A stretch of 59,735 nt of DNA, taken from IMG/VR virus record IMGVR_UViG_3300028388_003770, positions 1 through 59,735 of that record; one strand, 5' to 3'. The stretch is from a virus. Taxonomy: Duplodnaviria > Caudoviricetes. Under the pieces are notes generated by a model. It had not been told where the DNA came from. It saw only the letters and a program-made list of their open reading frames with translations, and made no database searches. The position numbers and the translations under genes were made by a program. Positions 45,744 to 55,567 of this stretch are shown piece after piece; the first letter of the stretch is position 1, and each line of letters starts with the position of its first letter.

Positions 45744-46766
45744 TCAGCGGACGCGCCCTTCGCGGACAGCCTTGTTGATTTCTACCTCCAGCGCCTGGAA
45801 CTCCTCAGCTCCGATCTTGCCGCGAGCGGCTCGGCCGTAAACGTCCGAGATCTGATCCTGCGTCCAGACTCTGGGCTGCTGGCCGTCAGGAGTGCTCGCC
45901 GCTCGAGTCGTCTTGGATCTCGGCGGGGACACCTGGCTCTCCAGGGGGTCTACTACCTGGGGAGCCTGCTCATGAGTGGTCGCCGAAGCGTCACCACCCT
46001 GCTCGTCCTTGAAATTATTGAAGATTGCTGCGACGCGGTCAACGTCGAGTGCGTGCTGAGCGTCGAGCAACAGCTCCTGGCGCTTCTTGCCAGACATCCT
46101 GTCGATCTCACTGAGCCAGGTCTTCCACTCCAGAGAGTCGTTGATCGCCTGCCAGTCCACCACCTTGGCGGTCAGGTCACGGAAGAACAGCTGCTCCGCG
46201 GACAGAGTGGCGCGCTCGCCGACCTGCGTGACCTGGCCACGCATCTCGTCGATCGCTGCCATCACACCCTGCAGCTTGGCGTTGACCGCAGCGACAGCGT
46301 CGTGCGCGGCCTTGGCGGCCACGCGCTCGGTCATCCGGACCTGGTCCACGCCGAAGGACTCGACGTCTTCCTCCGTGGCTCCCTTGGGAGGCTCGGGCTC
46401 CGGCGCGGGCGGGTTCTCGATCCGGTTCAGCTGCTCCTGCATCTGCTGCAACTGCGTCTTGAGTTCGGCGTTCTCGTTGCGCGTCTCGTCCATGGCCTCG
46501 CGGTTGCGGCGCAGCTCGGCGTCGGCGTGGCCCTTGAAGGACAGGTAGCGCTGCTTCCAGGTCTCCTCGTCGCCGCCCTGATCCTGCGGCTGGGCCTGCG
46601 GCTGGGCCTGCGGCTGGGCCTGCGGCTGGGCCTGCGGCTGGGCCTGCGGCCCTGCGGAGGGGGTGGCATCGGGCTCGGCCACGGGCGTCGGCGCTCGGCT
46701 GGCCATCCGGGACTGGATGGCTTCAGCACGGTCCAGCTCGGCCTGCACGTGCTTCGGTAGACTCAT
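45744..46766 (-). CDS. Capsid scaffolding protein
   Basis: Position, WKQRY...G, coiled coil, C-terminal EI..A.REGRV. Confidence 0.8.
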   Translation of the reverse strand: MSLPKHVQAELDRAEAIQSRMASRAPTPVAEPDATPSAGPQAQPQAQPQAQPQAQPQAQPQDQGGDEETWKQRYLSFKGHADAELRRNREAMDETRNENAELKTQLQQMQEQLNRIENPPAPEPEPPKGATEEDVESFGVDQVRMTERVAAKAAHDAVAAVNAKLQGVMAAIDEMRGQVTQVGERATLSAEQLFFRDLTAKVVDWQAINDSLEWKTWLSEIDRMSGKKRQELLLDAQHALDVDRVAAIFNNFKDEQGGDASATTHEQAPQVVDPLESQVSPPRSKTTRAASTPDGQQPRVWTQDQISDVYGRAARGKIGAEEFQALEVEINKAVREGRVR

Positions 46767-47011
46767 TGAGTTCTCCTGGGTTGCTGTTGGAGTTTCGTCA
46801 GGACCTGGTCGCTGCGTTCGATGTCGTCGAACATCTGCTTCAGGAGGCGGGCTTGCCCTTGTGCACGCAGCATGTCGTCTTTGCTGTGCGCATTATCCTG
46901 GCGCCCCCGCACCTCCACGAGCAGACCTGCGAGATACTCGTCAGCGAACGGCCGTTGGTCCCCTTGCTTAATTCTCAGCAGCAGCTTGGCTACGCGTTCC
47001 GTGATCTTCAT
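46763..47011 (-). CDS. Small head-morphogenesis-region protein
   Basis: LRAQG motif, between portal and scaffold. Confidence 0.75.
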   Translation of the reverse strand: MKITERVAKLLLRIKQGDQRPFADEYLAGLLVEVRGRQDNAHSKDDMLRAQGQARLLKQMFDDIERSDQVLTKLQQQPRRTQ

Positions 47012-47016
47012 TGCTT

Positions 47017-47045
47017 CTTATACGGTACAGGCCTCAGAGCGTCAA
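47017..47045 (-). promoter_or_regulatory. Possible sigma70 promoter giving a leaderless transcript
   Basis: TTGACG-17nt-TATAAG, ATG 6 nt downstream, no RBS. Confidence 0.45.
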
Positions 47046-47052
47046 TAACAGC

Positions 47053-49137
47053 TTACTGAGACGGAGGCTCGAAGGCGTTCACCACCGGCGAGCCGTCCTG
47101 CAGCGTGTTCTGGCTCGGGGCCGGCAGCGCCAGGCCCATCCCCGCGGGGCCGGCGGGGCCGGCGGGGCCGGCGGAGGCTCCGCCGAAGATCGGCGTGGCG
47201 TTCTCGGGGACGACCTTGTCGGTGTTCATGTTCAGCGATTTGGCTACCTCGCGCAGCACGTGCGCCCGGCCGTCCTTGCCGGTGATGGCCAGGTCCGCCG
47301 GGTTGTTGGTGTTGCGCAGGAACTCGATCATGCGCAGCTGCGCCGCTTCCCGGGCGATCAGGCTCTTGGCGCCGCGGGCCTGGACCTTGGCGTCGCCCTT
47401 GATGCTGGGGTCCGGGGCGTAGAGCATGTTGTGCTCGTAGAGGTTCTGCAGCATCGGCGCCATGATCTGCAGGTCGATCGACCCCACCACGTGCTGGATG
47501 ACCTTGCCGGCGTTGGAGATCGCCATGGAGAACCCGGAGGCGGAACGCCCGACCCCGCCGCCCGGGGTACCGCCGTTCATGTAGCTGGGCACGCCGAGGA
47601 TGTCGTCCGCCTCCTTGGAGAACTTGTCGTAGATCCCCATCAGCTCAGCGGCGTTGGACTGCGGCTGGAAGAACCCGATCGGCGGGGCCGTGGTAGGCCC
47701 GCTGGGGTCGCTCGTCGTCTGGAAGGACTTCCAGGGGTAGAGCATCTCCACGTCTTCGCCAGCCGGCAGCCGGTCAATGTTGTACCAGACCAGGGGGCCG
47801 GAGGCGATCTGCATGTTGTTGGCCAGGGAGCGCGCGGCGTGGTTGCACATCGCCTGCACGTCGCGGATCTGGTCCATGGGGCTGTTGCCCCAGAACATCC
47901 CGGGGAGGTTCTCCCAGCTGTCGCGGTAGTAGGGGCGGTTGCCGTGGGCGTCCTTATTGAGCACCGCCTTGATCACCCAGCGCCCGATCAGCCAGGCCTC
48001 GACCTCATACTCAGCCAGCGGGTCCGGGATCTCCTGCGCGCTCATGCCCCAGTCCAGCAGATGCTGGCCCATGACCGAGCCCCAATACTGCAGGGCGTCG
48101 ATCTGGTTGGAGGGGTTGCTCATGTTGTGCACCCGGCCCTCGATGGCGCCGCGCTCGCTGTCCGCCATGGTCCAGTCGCGCAGCCCGCCCATGCCGTGCT
48201 CGCGCAGTACCCCGTCGATGGCATCGTCGGAGTACCCTGCGGTGCCCTTCATAGCCTGGAGGTCAGAGCGGTGCAGGCGGTGGAACTCGATGAAGTCGCC
48301 GTCGTTCGGGCACTCGGCCCCAGGGCTGGGGTAGACGTAGAAGGGGTCGACCCGCTCCCACTCGGGGACCAGGGCGTAGTCCTTTTGCGGGCTCCAGTTG
48401 CCCTGGCCGTCATCGACCCACTGCACGGTGAGCTTGCGCCGGATCACCGGCCCTTTCAGGATCGCCGCCGGGAACGTCGTGATGTCGTCCACGATGTCCG
48501 AGAGGGCCTTCATGAAGCCGCCCTCGATCAGCTGGTCCTGCATGTAGTCTTCCATCTTCTCGGCCCGGGACTTGGCCTCGTCCTGCAGCTCGCCCATGAT
48601 CGCCTTGCGCTGCTCCTCGATCACTTCGCGCATGTCGATCGGCAGGTTCTCGTCCGCCAGCATCTGCATCGCCTGCTGCGAGCGCTGGAACAGCTCCTGC
48701 ACCATGTTGGGAGGCATCTGCGGGATCGGGGTGGCCTCGAGCGTCCAAGGCTTCTCGGTGCCGTCCGCCATCAAGCTGTCCCGCAGCCAGGAGGAGATGG
48801 CCCGGGCCTTGGCCGAGGACAGGAGCATGTAGATCTCCGAGCCCTCGAACTTGCGGATCTGCTCCAGGACGTTCGGGTCGTACTCGCCGCGGCGCTGGCG
48901 CATCGACTGCAGCATCCGGAGCTCGATCGGGTCCTTCTCGCGCCGGTTGATCTCCCAGGCCTTGCGGATATGCGCGGCCATCCCGGTGAGCACCGGCGTC
49001 TGGGTGCGTGCCTCAGCTTCCTGCTTCGCCCGCGTGTCGAGCGCTTGCTGACCGACCGCCGTCATCACCCCACCGAGGGAGAGCCCCTGCGTCGGCGGTG
49101 CGCTGTTCGGGAAGGGGATCACAGTTTGGTCGGCCAT
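47053..49137 (-). CDS. Portal protein
   Basis: 694 aa after terL, DPFYVYPSP, FWGNS, RSASG.SM. Confidence 0.88.
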   Translation of the reverse strand: MADQTVIPFPNSAPPTQGLSLGGVMTAVGQQALDTRAKQEAEARTQTPVLTGMAAHIRKAWEINRREKDPIELRMLQSMRQRRGEYDPNVLEQIRKFEGSEIYMLLSSAKARAISSWLRDSLMADGTEKPWTLEATPIPQMPPNMVQELFQRSQQAMQMLADENLPIDMREVIEEQRKAIMGELQDEAKSRAEKMEDYMQDQLIEGGFMKALSDIVDDITTFPAAILKGPVIRRKLTVQWVDDGQGNWSPQKDYALVPEWERVDPFYVYPSPGAECPNDGDFIEFHRLHRSDLQAMKGTAGYSDDAIDGVLREHGMGGLRDWTMADSERGAIEGRVHNMSNPSNQIDALQYWGSVMGQHLLDWGMSAQEIPDPLAEYEVEAWLIGRWVIKAVLNKDAHGNRPYYRDSWENLPGMFWGNSPMDQIRDVQAMCNHAARSLANNMQIASGPLVWYNIDRLPAGEDVEMLYPWKSFQTTSDPSGPTTAPPIGFFQPQSNAAELMGIYDKFSKEADDILGVPSYMNGGTPGGGVGRSASGFSMAISNAGKVIQHVVGSIDLQIMAPMLQNLYEHNMLYAPDPSIKGDAKVQARGAKSLIAREAAQLRMIEFLRNTNNPADLAITGKDGRAHVLREVAKSLNMNTDKVVPENATPIFGGASAGPAGPAGPAGMGLALPAPSQNTLQDGSPVVNAFEPPSQ

Positions 49138-49179
49138 GGTGCGTCCTCAGCTGCTTTGGGAGACTCTAGCACAGGCGGT

Positions 49180-50664
49180 CTACCACCGGTAGCCGCTACG
49201 CTTGACCTCTCGCCGCTCGCTCTTGTGGGTGTACTGGCCCAACAGGATGTTGCCCTCGATCACCAACGCTGCGTACTGAAGCGCGTCGTGAGGGTGGCTG
49301 TACGGGCCCTTCTTGTCCGGCTTCTCAGCAGCGTTGCCCTGGCGGTCGAGCGCGTACTTGTAGCCGTGGCGGAACCCGGCGATCAGCACCCTGCACTCCG
49401 GGTTGATCTGGAACGCCGGCAGCCCGCCGACGTTCAGCGACAGGATGCGCTCCACCGACTGGATCCGCGGCTCGATGCTGTTGGTGACGGGGCGCACCAC
49501 CTTGAACCCGGCGCGCTTGAGCACGTCCACCGGGGTGATCTCGTTCATCTGGGTTTTGTCGAACCCCGCCGGGTCCGGCGCAACCAGGAACGAGCACCCC
49601 GTGAAGCGGCTCTGGGCCAGCAGCGGCCGGAGCTTGCGGTCGATGAAGGTCTCGATGCCCATGTTCTCGCTGGTCTCCTCAGCGAGGCAGATCACCCGGC
49701 CGCGCACGTTGCGCTGCAGCAGGACGACCGAGGGCGTGCGGCCGAAGTCCAGGCCGATGACCACCGGGTACTCGGCGGCCTTCAGCGGCAGGAACGGCTC
49801 CGTGGCGACGTGGATCTGCGGGTTGAAGGTCTTCTCGTATACGGGTTTTCCCTTGAGGGATCTCCCGTACTTACACCGCATGTAGACGTTGACGTAGTCC
49901 TCGCTCTTGCCCGGGAGGATGTCGGTGTAATAGGTCGGGTCCAGGTTCTGGATGTTGTCGGCCGCCGGGTTGACGTACCACTCGGTGTGGTCGTAGCCCA
50001 GCAGTGGCGGCTCGTCAGGCGCCTCGCCGTAGCGGGCCAGATACTCCTCCGGAGACAGCAGGGCCGGAGGCTGGATGCTGATGTCCCAGTTGCTCGGCGG
50101 CTCCTCCATCTGCTCGAAGTGCCAGGTGTCGGCGTCCGGCATGTTGGTGTCGAAGATCGCGCACGAGCGCGTCGGCGTGCCGTCGGCCCCGGACGGGTAG
50201 CGCTTGAGGCGGGCGAGCAGGCCGTCGACGACGTCGCTGTGGAGCTCTCTCCACTCGTTGCCGTAGAGGAAGGTGATCTCCAGGGAGAGCGCGCGCTGTA
50301 CGTCCTGCGGCGTGTCCAGAGGCATGAACCACACCTCCAGATCCAGGAAAGTGCCGTCGTCCAGGGGCTGGCGGATGTAGTAGGCCTTCTCGCTCTCCTT
50401 CCAGTGGCCCCAGATCCCAGGTGGGAACCAGGTGAAGAACGTCTTGCGGACGGTCTTCGCCAGCTGGTCGGCGGTGTTACGAGTGATCAGGGCCCGGGTC
50501 TTGCGCTCGCCGCGGGCGTTGGGCTCCTGCTGCAGCGCCAGCTTCACCAGCTCGTGGCAGCAGCACACCGACTTGCCTGAGCCCACCGGGCCGGCGATCA
50601 GGCGCACGTAGGCCGGGGAGTTCATGAACTCCCACATAGTCTGCGTAGCCTGGAACTCGCTCAC
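49180..50664 (-). CDS. terL: Terminase large subunit
   Basis: GPVGSGKS, RNT, NEWRE, DTNMP, GLDFG, SHPHDALQY. Confidence 0.95.
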   Translation of the reverse strand: MSEFQATQTMWEFMNSPAYVRLIAGPVGSGKSVCCCHELVKLALQQEPNARGERKTRALITRNTADQLAKTVRKTFFTWFPPGIWGHWKESEKAYYIRQPLDDGTFLDLEVWFMPLDTPQDVQRALSLEITFLYGNEWRELHSDVVDGLLARLKRYPSGADGTPTRSCAIFDTNMPDADTWHFEQMEEPPSNWDISIQPPALLSPEEYLARYGEAPDEPPLLGYDHTEWYVNPAADNIQNLDPTYYTDILPGKSEDYVNVYMRCKYGRSLKGKPVYEKTFNPQIHVATEPFLPLKAAEYPVVIGLDFGRTPSVVLLQRNVRGRVICLAEETSENMGIETFIDRKLRPLLAQSRFTGCSFLVAPDPAGFDKTQMNEITPVDVLKRAGFKVVRPVTNSIEPRIQSVERILSLNVGGLPAFQINPECRVLIAGFRHGYKYALDRQGNAAEKPDKKGPYSHPHDALQYAALVIEGNILLGQYTHKSERREVKRSGYRW

Positions 50665-50684
50665 AGGCTCACAGGCTCACAGGC
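50661..50684 (-). repeat. (GCCTGTGA)x3 at terL start
   Basis: Seen directly. Confidence 0.9.
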
Positions 50685-51036
50685 GCACGTCCACCACGAG
50701 GCTGCGCGTCCACTCCAGCCCATTCGGGTGCCCGGCGTCGTAGGTGACGATCTTGCACCCGTGCACCACCCCGGGCTCGAGCAGCAGGCCGCCTTCCCCG
50801 TCGCCCACGTTCCCGAGCTTGAACTTGACCACCGGCTTGAGCTGGCCCGGCCGCCACTCTTCTGAATCAGACCACCAGATTACGGAGGATCCTACAACAG
50901 CAGAGTCGATCGTCTGACCGTCAACTTCTAGCACTACTCGAGTAATATCGCTGAGGTCGGCAAGAGGCACGCCCCGGGAGAGCAAGAACAGAGCGAACTC
51001 ATTATCGCGGTTAAGAACCACAATTTCAGTGCTCAT
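50677..51036 (-). CDS. Hypothetical (tail accessory, Ig-like) protein
   Basis: 119 aa, beta-rich. Confidence 0.7.
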   Translation of the reverse strand: MSTEIVVLNRDNEFALFLLSRGVPLADLSDITRVVLEVDGQTIDSAVVGSSVIWWSDSEEWRPGQLKPVVKFKLGNVGDGEGGLLLEPGVVHGCKIVTYDAGHPNGLEWTRSLVVDVRL

Positions 51037-51037
51037 C

Positions 51038-51238
51038 TCAAGTAACCTTTACCGTTCGTTTACTCTTCCCGCCGTAGACTGTCCGGCGAACCTCAGCGCT
51101 CAATGTCCCACGTAGTATCGTTGCGCTGGCAATACCTGGCGCAGGGATGGTCTCGCCTGGCTGAGCGTAGACAATAACCCCACTCATCGCGTATGGGCGA
51201 ACAAACCGAGTTCCAGCTGCGCCAAGTACGCCAGACAT
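51038..51238 (-). CDS. Small hypothetical protein
   Basis: Fills gap in operon. Confidence 0.55.
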   Translation of the reverse strand: MSGVLGAAGTRFVRPYAMSGVIVYAQPGETIPAPGIASATILRGTLSAEVRRTVYGGKSKRTVKVT

Positions 51239-51241
51239 GGA

Positions 51242-51508
51242 TTAACGCTTCCTGTCGTGCAGCCCACGCACGGCCAGTTGCTCTGCCGGCGAGGGCGCCT
51301 CGTCCGCTAAACCACGCTCGCTCAGCTCCTGCAATTCAGCTTCTTCTTGCTGAACACCCAGCTCGTCTTTCGGGGACTGCCGCCGAATCAGCTCCTGCTG
51401 GATTTTCGCAGCCAGCGGAAGTGCGTCCTGTGCCACGTTCAGCCCACCAGCCTTGGTTGCCAGGTCCAACAAGTTCATCAACTTCTGTAGTTCTTCGCTC
51501 GAAAACAT
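51242..51508 (-). CDS. Hypothetical protein
   Basis: AGGAG RBS, LLDLATKAGGL motif. Confidence 0.7.
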   Translation of the reverse strand: MFSSEELQKLMNLLDLATKAGGLNVAQDALPLAAKIQQELIRRQSPKDELGVQQEEAELQELSERGLADEAPSPAEQLAVRGLHDRKR

Positions 51509-51528
51509 GGAAGGGTCTCCTAATCAGC

Positions 51529-51873
51529 TTATACTATTTCTTCCGGGAGTTCCGTATTGACAGTCGTTTCGACTGCCTCCTTTGTAGTGGTGACGTTGGC
51601 CTGTGCCGTAGCGATAGTCTCATCCGCCCGTTTTACCACGTCCCTGACCGCTCGCTTGATTCCCCGGATTGCCACCAGCGAGCGTTGATTGACTGTCAGC
51701 TCGTCGATGCTGTTGAACATCGGGTTGCCCTGGGCGTCCGTAAAGGCTAGCACCTCGTTCGCATGCAGCCGCGTGAAAGCCCAGCCGATCTTGAGCAACA
51801 GCTCATTGGTCGGCGCTGGGTCATCCAGCAGGGCACCGACGAGTTGGGTAAGTCGTTCGTTTGCAGTTGCCAT
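51529..51873 (-). CDS. Hypothetical protein (possible fibre chaperone)
   Basis: AGGAG RBS, directly after fibre. Confidence 0.75.
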   Translation of the reverse strand: MATANERLTQLVGALLDDPAPTNELLLKIGWAFTRLHANEVLAFTDAQGNPMFNSIDELTVNQRSLVAIRGIKRAVRDVVKRADETIATAQANVTTTKEAVETTVNTELPEEIV

Positions 51874-51885
51874 TACAGTCTCCTG

Positions 51886-54800
51886 TTAGAAGGCGCTGAA
51901 GTCGGCCAGGGTGATAGTTTTCGTAACGCCCCCGGCAGTGATTTTCATCATGATGTCGCCGTCGTCCCCGGAGCCGGTGCCGTTGGACTGCCAGATCAGC
52001 GAACAGCCCTCTGAGGGATCACCTGGATCGGATGACAGCTCGCTCAGGACCAGGCCCGCGTATCCTCGGGACAGCGTAGGGTGGCCGAGCCACCTTACCC
52101 CATTCGTGTTCGGCCAAAGGTTCTCGAATATTTCCCACCCGTAGGTCGAGTTGTAGCGGAACTTAGGGGACCCGCCAAGCTCAAGACTGATCCCAGCATT
52201 TTGGACGGGGCCGTTCAATGACAGGTTTCGGCTCGACCCAGTGCCAGCCGCCTCTGTCGTGATCTTGAATGTGTTCGCATCCCACTTGACTACGCCACGC
52301 TCGTAGTTACTCGCGTCCGTGTAAGCGTTGTAGATGTTGAGCGTCTGCGGGTTTGTGTCCCTACGCAGATTGACCGTGCCAGGGCTACCGGCAGCCGCCG
52401 TACCGCCAGCGATGATTACGTCACCGCCATCTCCGCCAGTGCCGCTGGTATGATCACCTGCTTCTATATAAATGTGGCCTGCTGGATTACCATAGTCTGA
52501 CGAGTTTGCGCCAAACAGCAAAAGCCTGCCAACTCCACCACTACCACTGACTCGTTGGCGAACACCTAGTTGCAGGGAGAGATTACTAGCTCCCCCCGCA
52601 GAATCTGTCGCTACAACGCAGCCACCACTGGTTATTAAGCTTTTTGCAGACACTGCATCGGCACGAACAATCGAAATCCCCCCAGTGCTTGCCTTAGTCA
52701 GGTTAAGCCGATTAGCAAAACCGCTCCCCGCAGTGATTGTTACGTCTCGCTGCGAGCTGCCCGTACCAGCTCCCTCAACACTCATCGTGAGCGTGTCGGC
52801 ATCCCAGCGCAGGAAGGCCCGCTCGTAATTGCTCGCGTCGGTATAGGTGTTGTAGAGACGAAATTCCTGGGCGTTGGTCCCGTTGCGCTGGGCCAGGGTA
52901 TTGGCGGCGTCTCGATACAGGATTACATCTAACGTCGGTCCTAGAGAAAGCGCGTTCTGGTCCTGTATCGTCCGCACATAACCATTACCGGAACGCAGCC
53001 ATATATACCCGTCACCGCTATATACACGGACATTAGCGCCCCTATTTAGATCAATGGCAGCATTGCTTCCGTCTCCAACAACGAGACTCCCGCCTTTCAC
53101 TAGCTTAAGGTGACTCGTCCCGCCCACCTGCAAATCCAGCAGCTTGCTATCCGCTGCACTCGCCGTATCCGTGATGTTGAGTTTTATCCCAGTGAAGGTT
53201 GTCGCGCCCTCGTTCCATGTGCCGGCCAGGTCCAGCAGCTTTTCGTCGGCAGTGAATGCACCCCCGGACGCGGTCAGCTTCTTTGCGGTGAAAGCCGCCA
53301 TGCCTGAGTCGTCGGCGAGCCGGGCGGCCACTGCGGGGCCGGTGCCTTTCAGCCCCGCATAGCTGGCGGTGCCCAGGCCGAACGCGATGAAACCGTTGTT
53401 GTTGCCGGTATCGGCGATGCAGACCTGGCCGGCTTTCGGGGTGTAAACCCGAGTGCCTGCGCCGCCGCCCGAATGGGACAGGAAGTCCAGCCCGCCGTTG
53501 TTCCAGAGAAGGCTCAGATTTCGGCTGGCACCCGTGCCGGCGGCCTCGGTACCGACCTTAAACGTGTCGGCCTCCCAGCGCAGGAAGGCGCGCTCGTAAT
53601 TCGAGGCGTCGGTGTAGGTGTTGTAGAGGCGGTACTCTTGGGGCCCGCCGTGAGCTGACGCCCCAGGATCTACGTATTGCTCTAGAATGCCGTCGCCACC
53701 GCAGTGAAGCTGCAATTCCGGCTGAAGGGACGCATTGTTGTCACCGTAAGACCACTCAAATGTTCCATTGCGCGGAATTCGACAATACCTTCGGTATGAA
53801 CCTAGATGCAGCAAACTACCTAAGCTGTCATCGCCCAACAGGACCGACGAGGCGTTGGAGTTTGGCCGGTAGAACTGTAGGAAACCCCCGTAGGCCTTCG
53901 CCTCGTTCTTCGCCCGGATGCGCACTCCGTTGGCGTTCGAATAATCGAGCTTGATGCCGGTGGTGGCGTTGTCGAAGTCCACGCCGTTGAGCAGGACCTC
54001 GAAATAGGTATTCCCGTCCGCGCCGATGTCCAGCAGCTTGCTGCCCAGCGAGCCGGTTCCAGCGGCCTGCTTTTCGATCTTCAGGCTTCCCTCCGCGTCG
54101 AATCCTATCGACGTGCGCTCGTAATTGCTCGCGTCGGTATAGGTGTTGTAGAGGCGGAATTCCTGGGCGTTGGTCCCGTTGCGCTGGGCCAGGGTATTGG
54201 CTGCGTCGCGGTATAGCCTGAGATCGGTACTGTTGCTGCAGTACGAATTAGCAGACCAGGCAAAGGCTCCGAGACTCCCAAGCTGTAACTCGCCGCCGTC
54301 TACATAATCAGTGAAAGCCGCTAAACCAGAAGTCCGGCCTCGATTAATGAAGACGTATCCTGACGTATGCATTTGCACCCAGCCACCTGTGAACGTGGCT
54401 GGCCACAACCCTTTGTTCGAGGCGACGCCTACATCGCCATCCTTCTGCACAATGAACGTACTTGCCCCGCCCACCTGCAAATCCAGCAGCTTGCTATCCG
54501 CTGCACTCGCGGTGTCGGTAACACTTACACCCAGTCCAGTGAAAGTGACCCCTGCATCATTCCACGTCTGCGCCAGATTGATCGTGCCACCGGTAATAGC
54601 TACCGCATCGGCATCCTGCGTAGCCATGGTGCCCAGCCCAGACTGCTGCACAAACAGATTTGCCTGCGCAGCAGTAGGCCCAGCCGAGAATACCTGCGAC
54701 ACAGCAGCAGTTAAATCAATCCCGGCGCTTCCATCCGAGGTGCTTTCAATCGTGCCGATTGTCAGTGTATCCGGGCCGCCGTCTCCTTTCGTAATCGTCC

Positions 54801-55032
54801 CGACCCCGACCTGCATCTTGGCCGTGCCGCCTACTACTGCAGCAACAGACGGATCGTCGACCAGCGAATACGGAACCTCTGCTTTGCTCTCTCCAGCAGC
54901 CAGCCCAAACGACGCGGCCAACCCATTGTGCATCTCGTCTATCGGGCCAGAGAGATTAATCACCGCCCCAACAGATGCAGTCAAGGCAGAGTTAACTGTT
55001 TCTGCCGCAAGGTTTACAAAACGGTCAGCCAT
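51886..55032 (-). CDS. Modular tail fibre protein
   Basis: 1048 aa Gly/Ser/Thr/Ala-rich, GLGTMATQDADAVAITGG motif, four YN.YTDASNYER repeats. Confidence 0.85.
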   Translation of the reverse strand: MADRFVNLAAETVNSALTASVGAVINLSGPIDEMHNGLAASFGLAAGESKAEVPYSLVDDPSVAAVVGGTAKMQVGVGTITKGDGGPDTLTIGTIESTSDGSAGIDLTAAVSQVFSAGPTAAQANLFVQQSGLGTMATQDADAVAITGGTINLAQTWNDAGVTFTGLGVSVTDTASAADSKLLDLQVGGASTFIVQKDGDVGVASNKGLWPATFTGGWVQMHTSGYVFINRGRTSGLAAFTDYVDGGELQLGSLGAFAWSANSYCSNSTDLRLYRDAANTLAQRNGTNAQEFRLYNTYTDASNYERTSIGFDAEGSLKIEKQAAGTGSLGSKLLDIGADGNTYFEVLLNGVDFDNATTGIKLDYSNANGVRIRAKNEAKAYGGFLQFYRPNSNASSVLLGDDSLGSLLHLGSYRRYCRIPRNGTFEWSYGDNNASLQPELQLHCGGDGILEQYVDPGASAHGGPQEYRLYNTYTDASNYERAFLRWEADTFKVGTEAAGTGASRNLSLLWNNGGLDFLSHSGGGAGTRVYTPKAGQVCIADTGNNNGFIAFGLGTASYAGLKGTGPAVAARLADDSGMAAFTAKKLTASGGAFTADEKLLDLAGTWNEGATTFTGIKLNITDTASAADSKLLDLQVGGTSHLKLVKGGSLVVGDGSNAAIDLNRGANVRVYSGDGYIWLRSGNGYVRTIQDQNALSLGPTLDVILYRDAANTLAQRNGTNAQEFRLYNTYTDASNYERAFLRWDADTLTMSVEGAGTGSSQRDVTITAGSGFANRLNLTKASTGGISIVRADAVSAKSLITSGGCVVATDSAGGASNLSLQLGVRQRVSGSGGVGRLLLFGANSSDYGNPAGHIYIEAGDHTSGTGGDGGDVIIAGGTAAAGSPGTVNLRRDTNPQTLNIYNAYTDASNYERGVVKWDANTFKITTEAAGTGSSRNLSLNGPVQNAGISLELGGSPKFRYNSTYGWEIFENLWPNTNGVRWLGHPTLSRGYAGLVLSELSSDPGDPSEGCSLIWQSNGTGSGDDGDIMMKITAGGVTKTITLADFSAF

Positions 55033-55104
55033 GGAGAGTTATCCCAGTTAAGTAACGTCGAGGACTGCGATCTTGTCACCGGCATGCAGGGTCATCTTTA
55101 TCTC

Positions 55105-55551
55105 CTAGCTATGATACAGCACACCAGTCTGCCAAAGCAGTGTAAATCCACCAAGCAGCAACGTTGCAATCAAGCCAACTAAAGAGATCATCGTGTTGCG
55201 TAAGCTGCGGTTTACCTCCCGCCTATCAGACTGCTCTTGCTGATCGTGCTTGTCAAACCTCTTAATATGGCTCAGCAACGCTGACTCTATCCTCATCATC
55301 GTGTCGATCAAGGCTTGGCGCATAATATCAGCCGTTTCAATATGGTGGTTCAGATTGTGTCTATCCTCTTCCACCGCGCGCTCTAGGCCGTCAACACGCT
55401 CAGCCAGGCTTAAGTGATCTCTATGTAGCTCTGCCTGTCCGCACTGAACATGGTCGATCTGCGTGCTAAGCTTGTCTAGATGCCTGTGGAGGTGAGAAAT
55501 CTGGTCCCTCAAATCTCCGTGCCTTTCCTCCTCCTCCCGCCGCTCTGTCAC
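55105..55551 (-). CDS. Coiled-coil protein with C-terminal TM (holin-like candidate)
   Basis: AAGGAGG RBS, single TM. Confidence 0.6.
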   Translation of the reverse strand: MTERREEEERHGDLRDQISHLHRHLDKLSTQIDHVQCGQAELHRDHLSLAERVDGLERAVEEDRHNLNHHIETADIMRQALIDTMMRIESALLSHIKRFDKHDQQEQSDRREVNRSLRNTMISLVGLIATLLLGGFTLLWQTGVLYHS

Positions 55552-55567
55552 TCAATCCTCCTTGTTA

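Noticed and set aside
47011-50580. 1189-aa + strand ORF (also 28415..32620, 34854..37643, 38537..40396)
   Set aside because: Antisense shadows of real minus-strand genes, caused by high GC3. No motifs or RBS.
51886-55032. Diversity-generating retroelement or shufflon in the tail fibre
   Set aside because: No reverse transcriptase or invertase. Repeats are direct and in frame, without an adenine-specific mismatch pattern.
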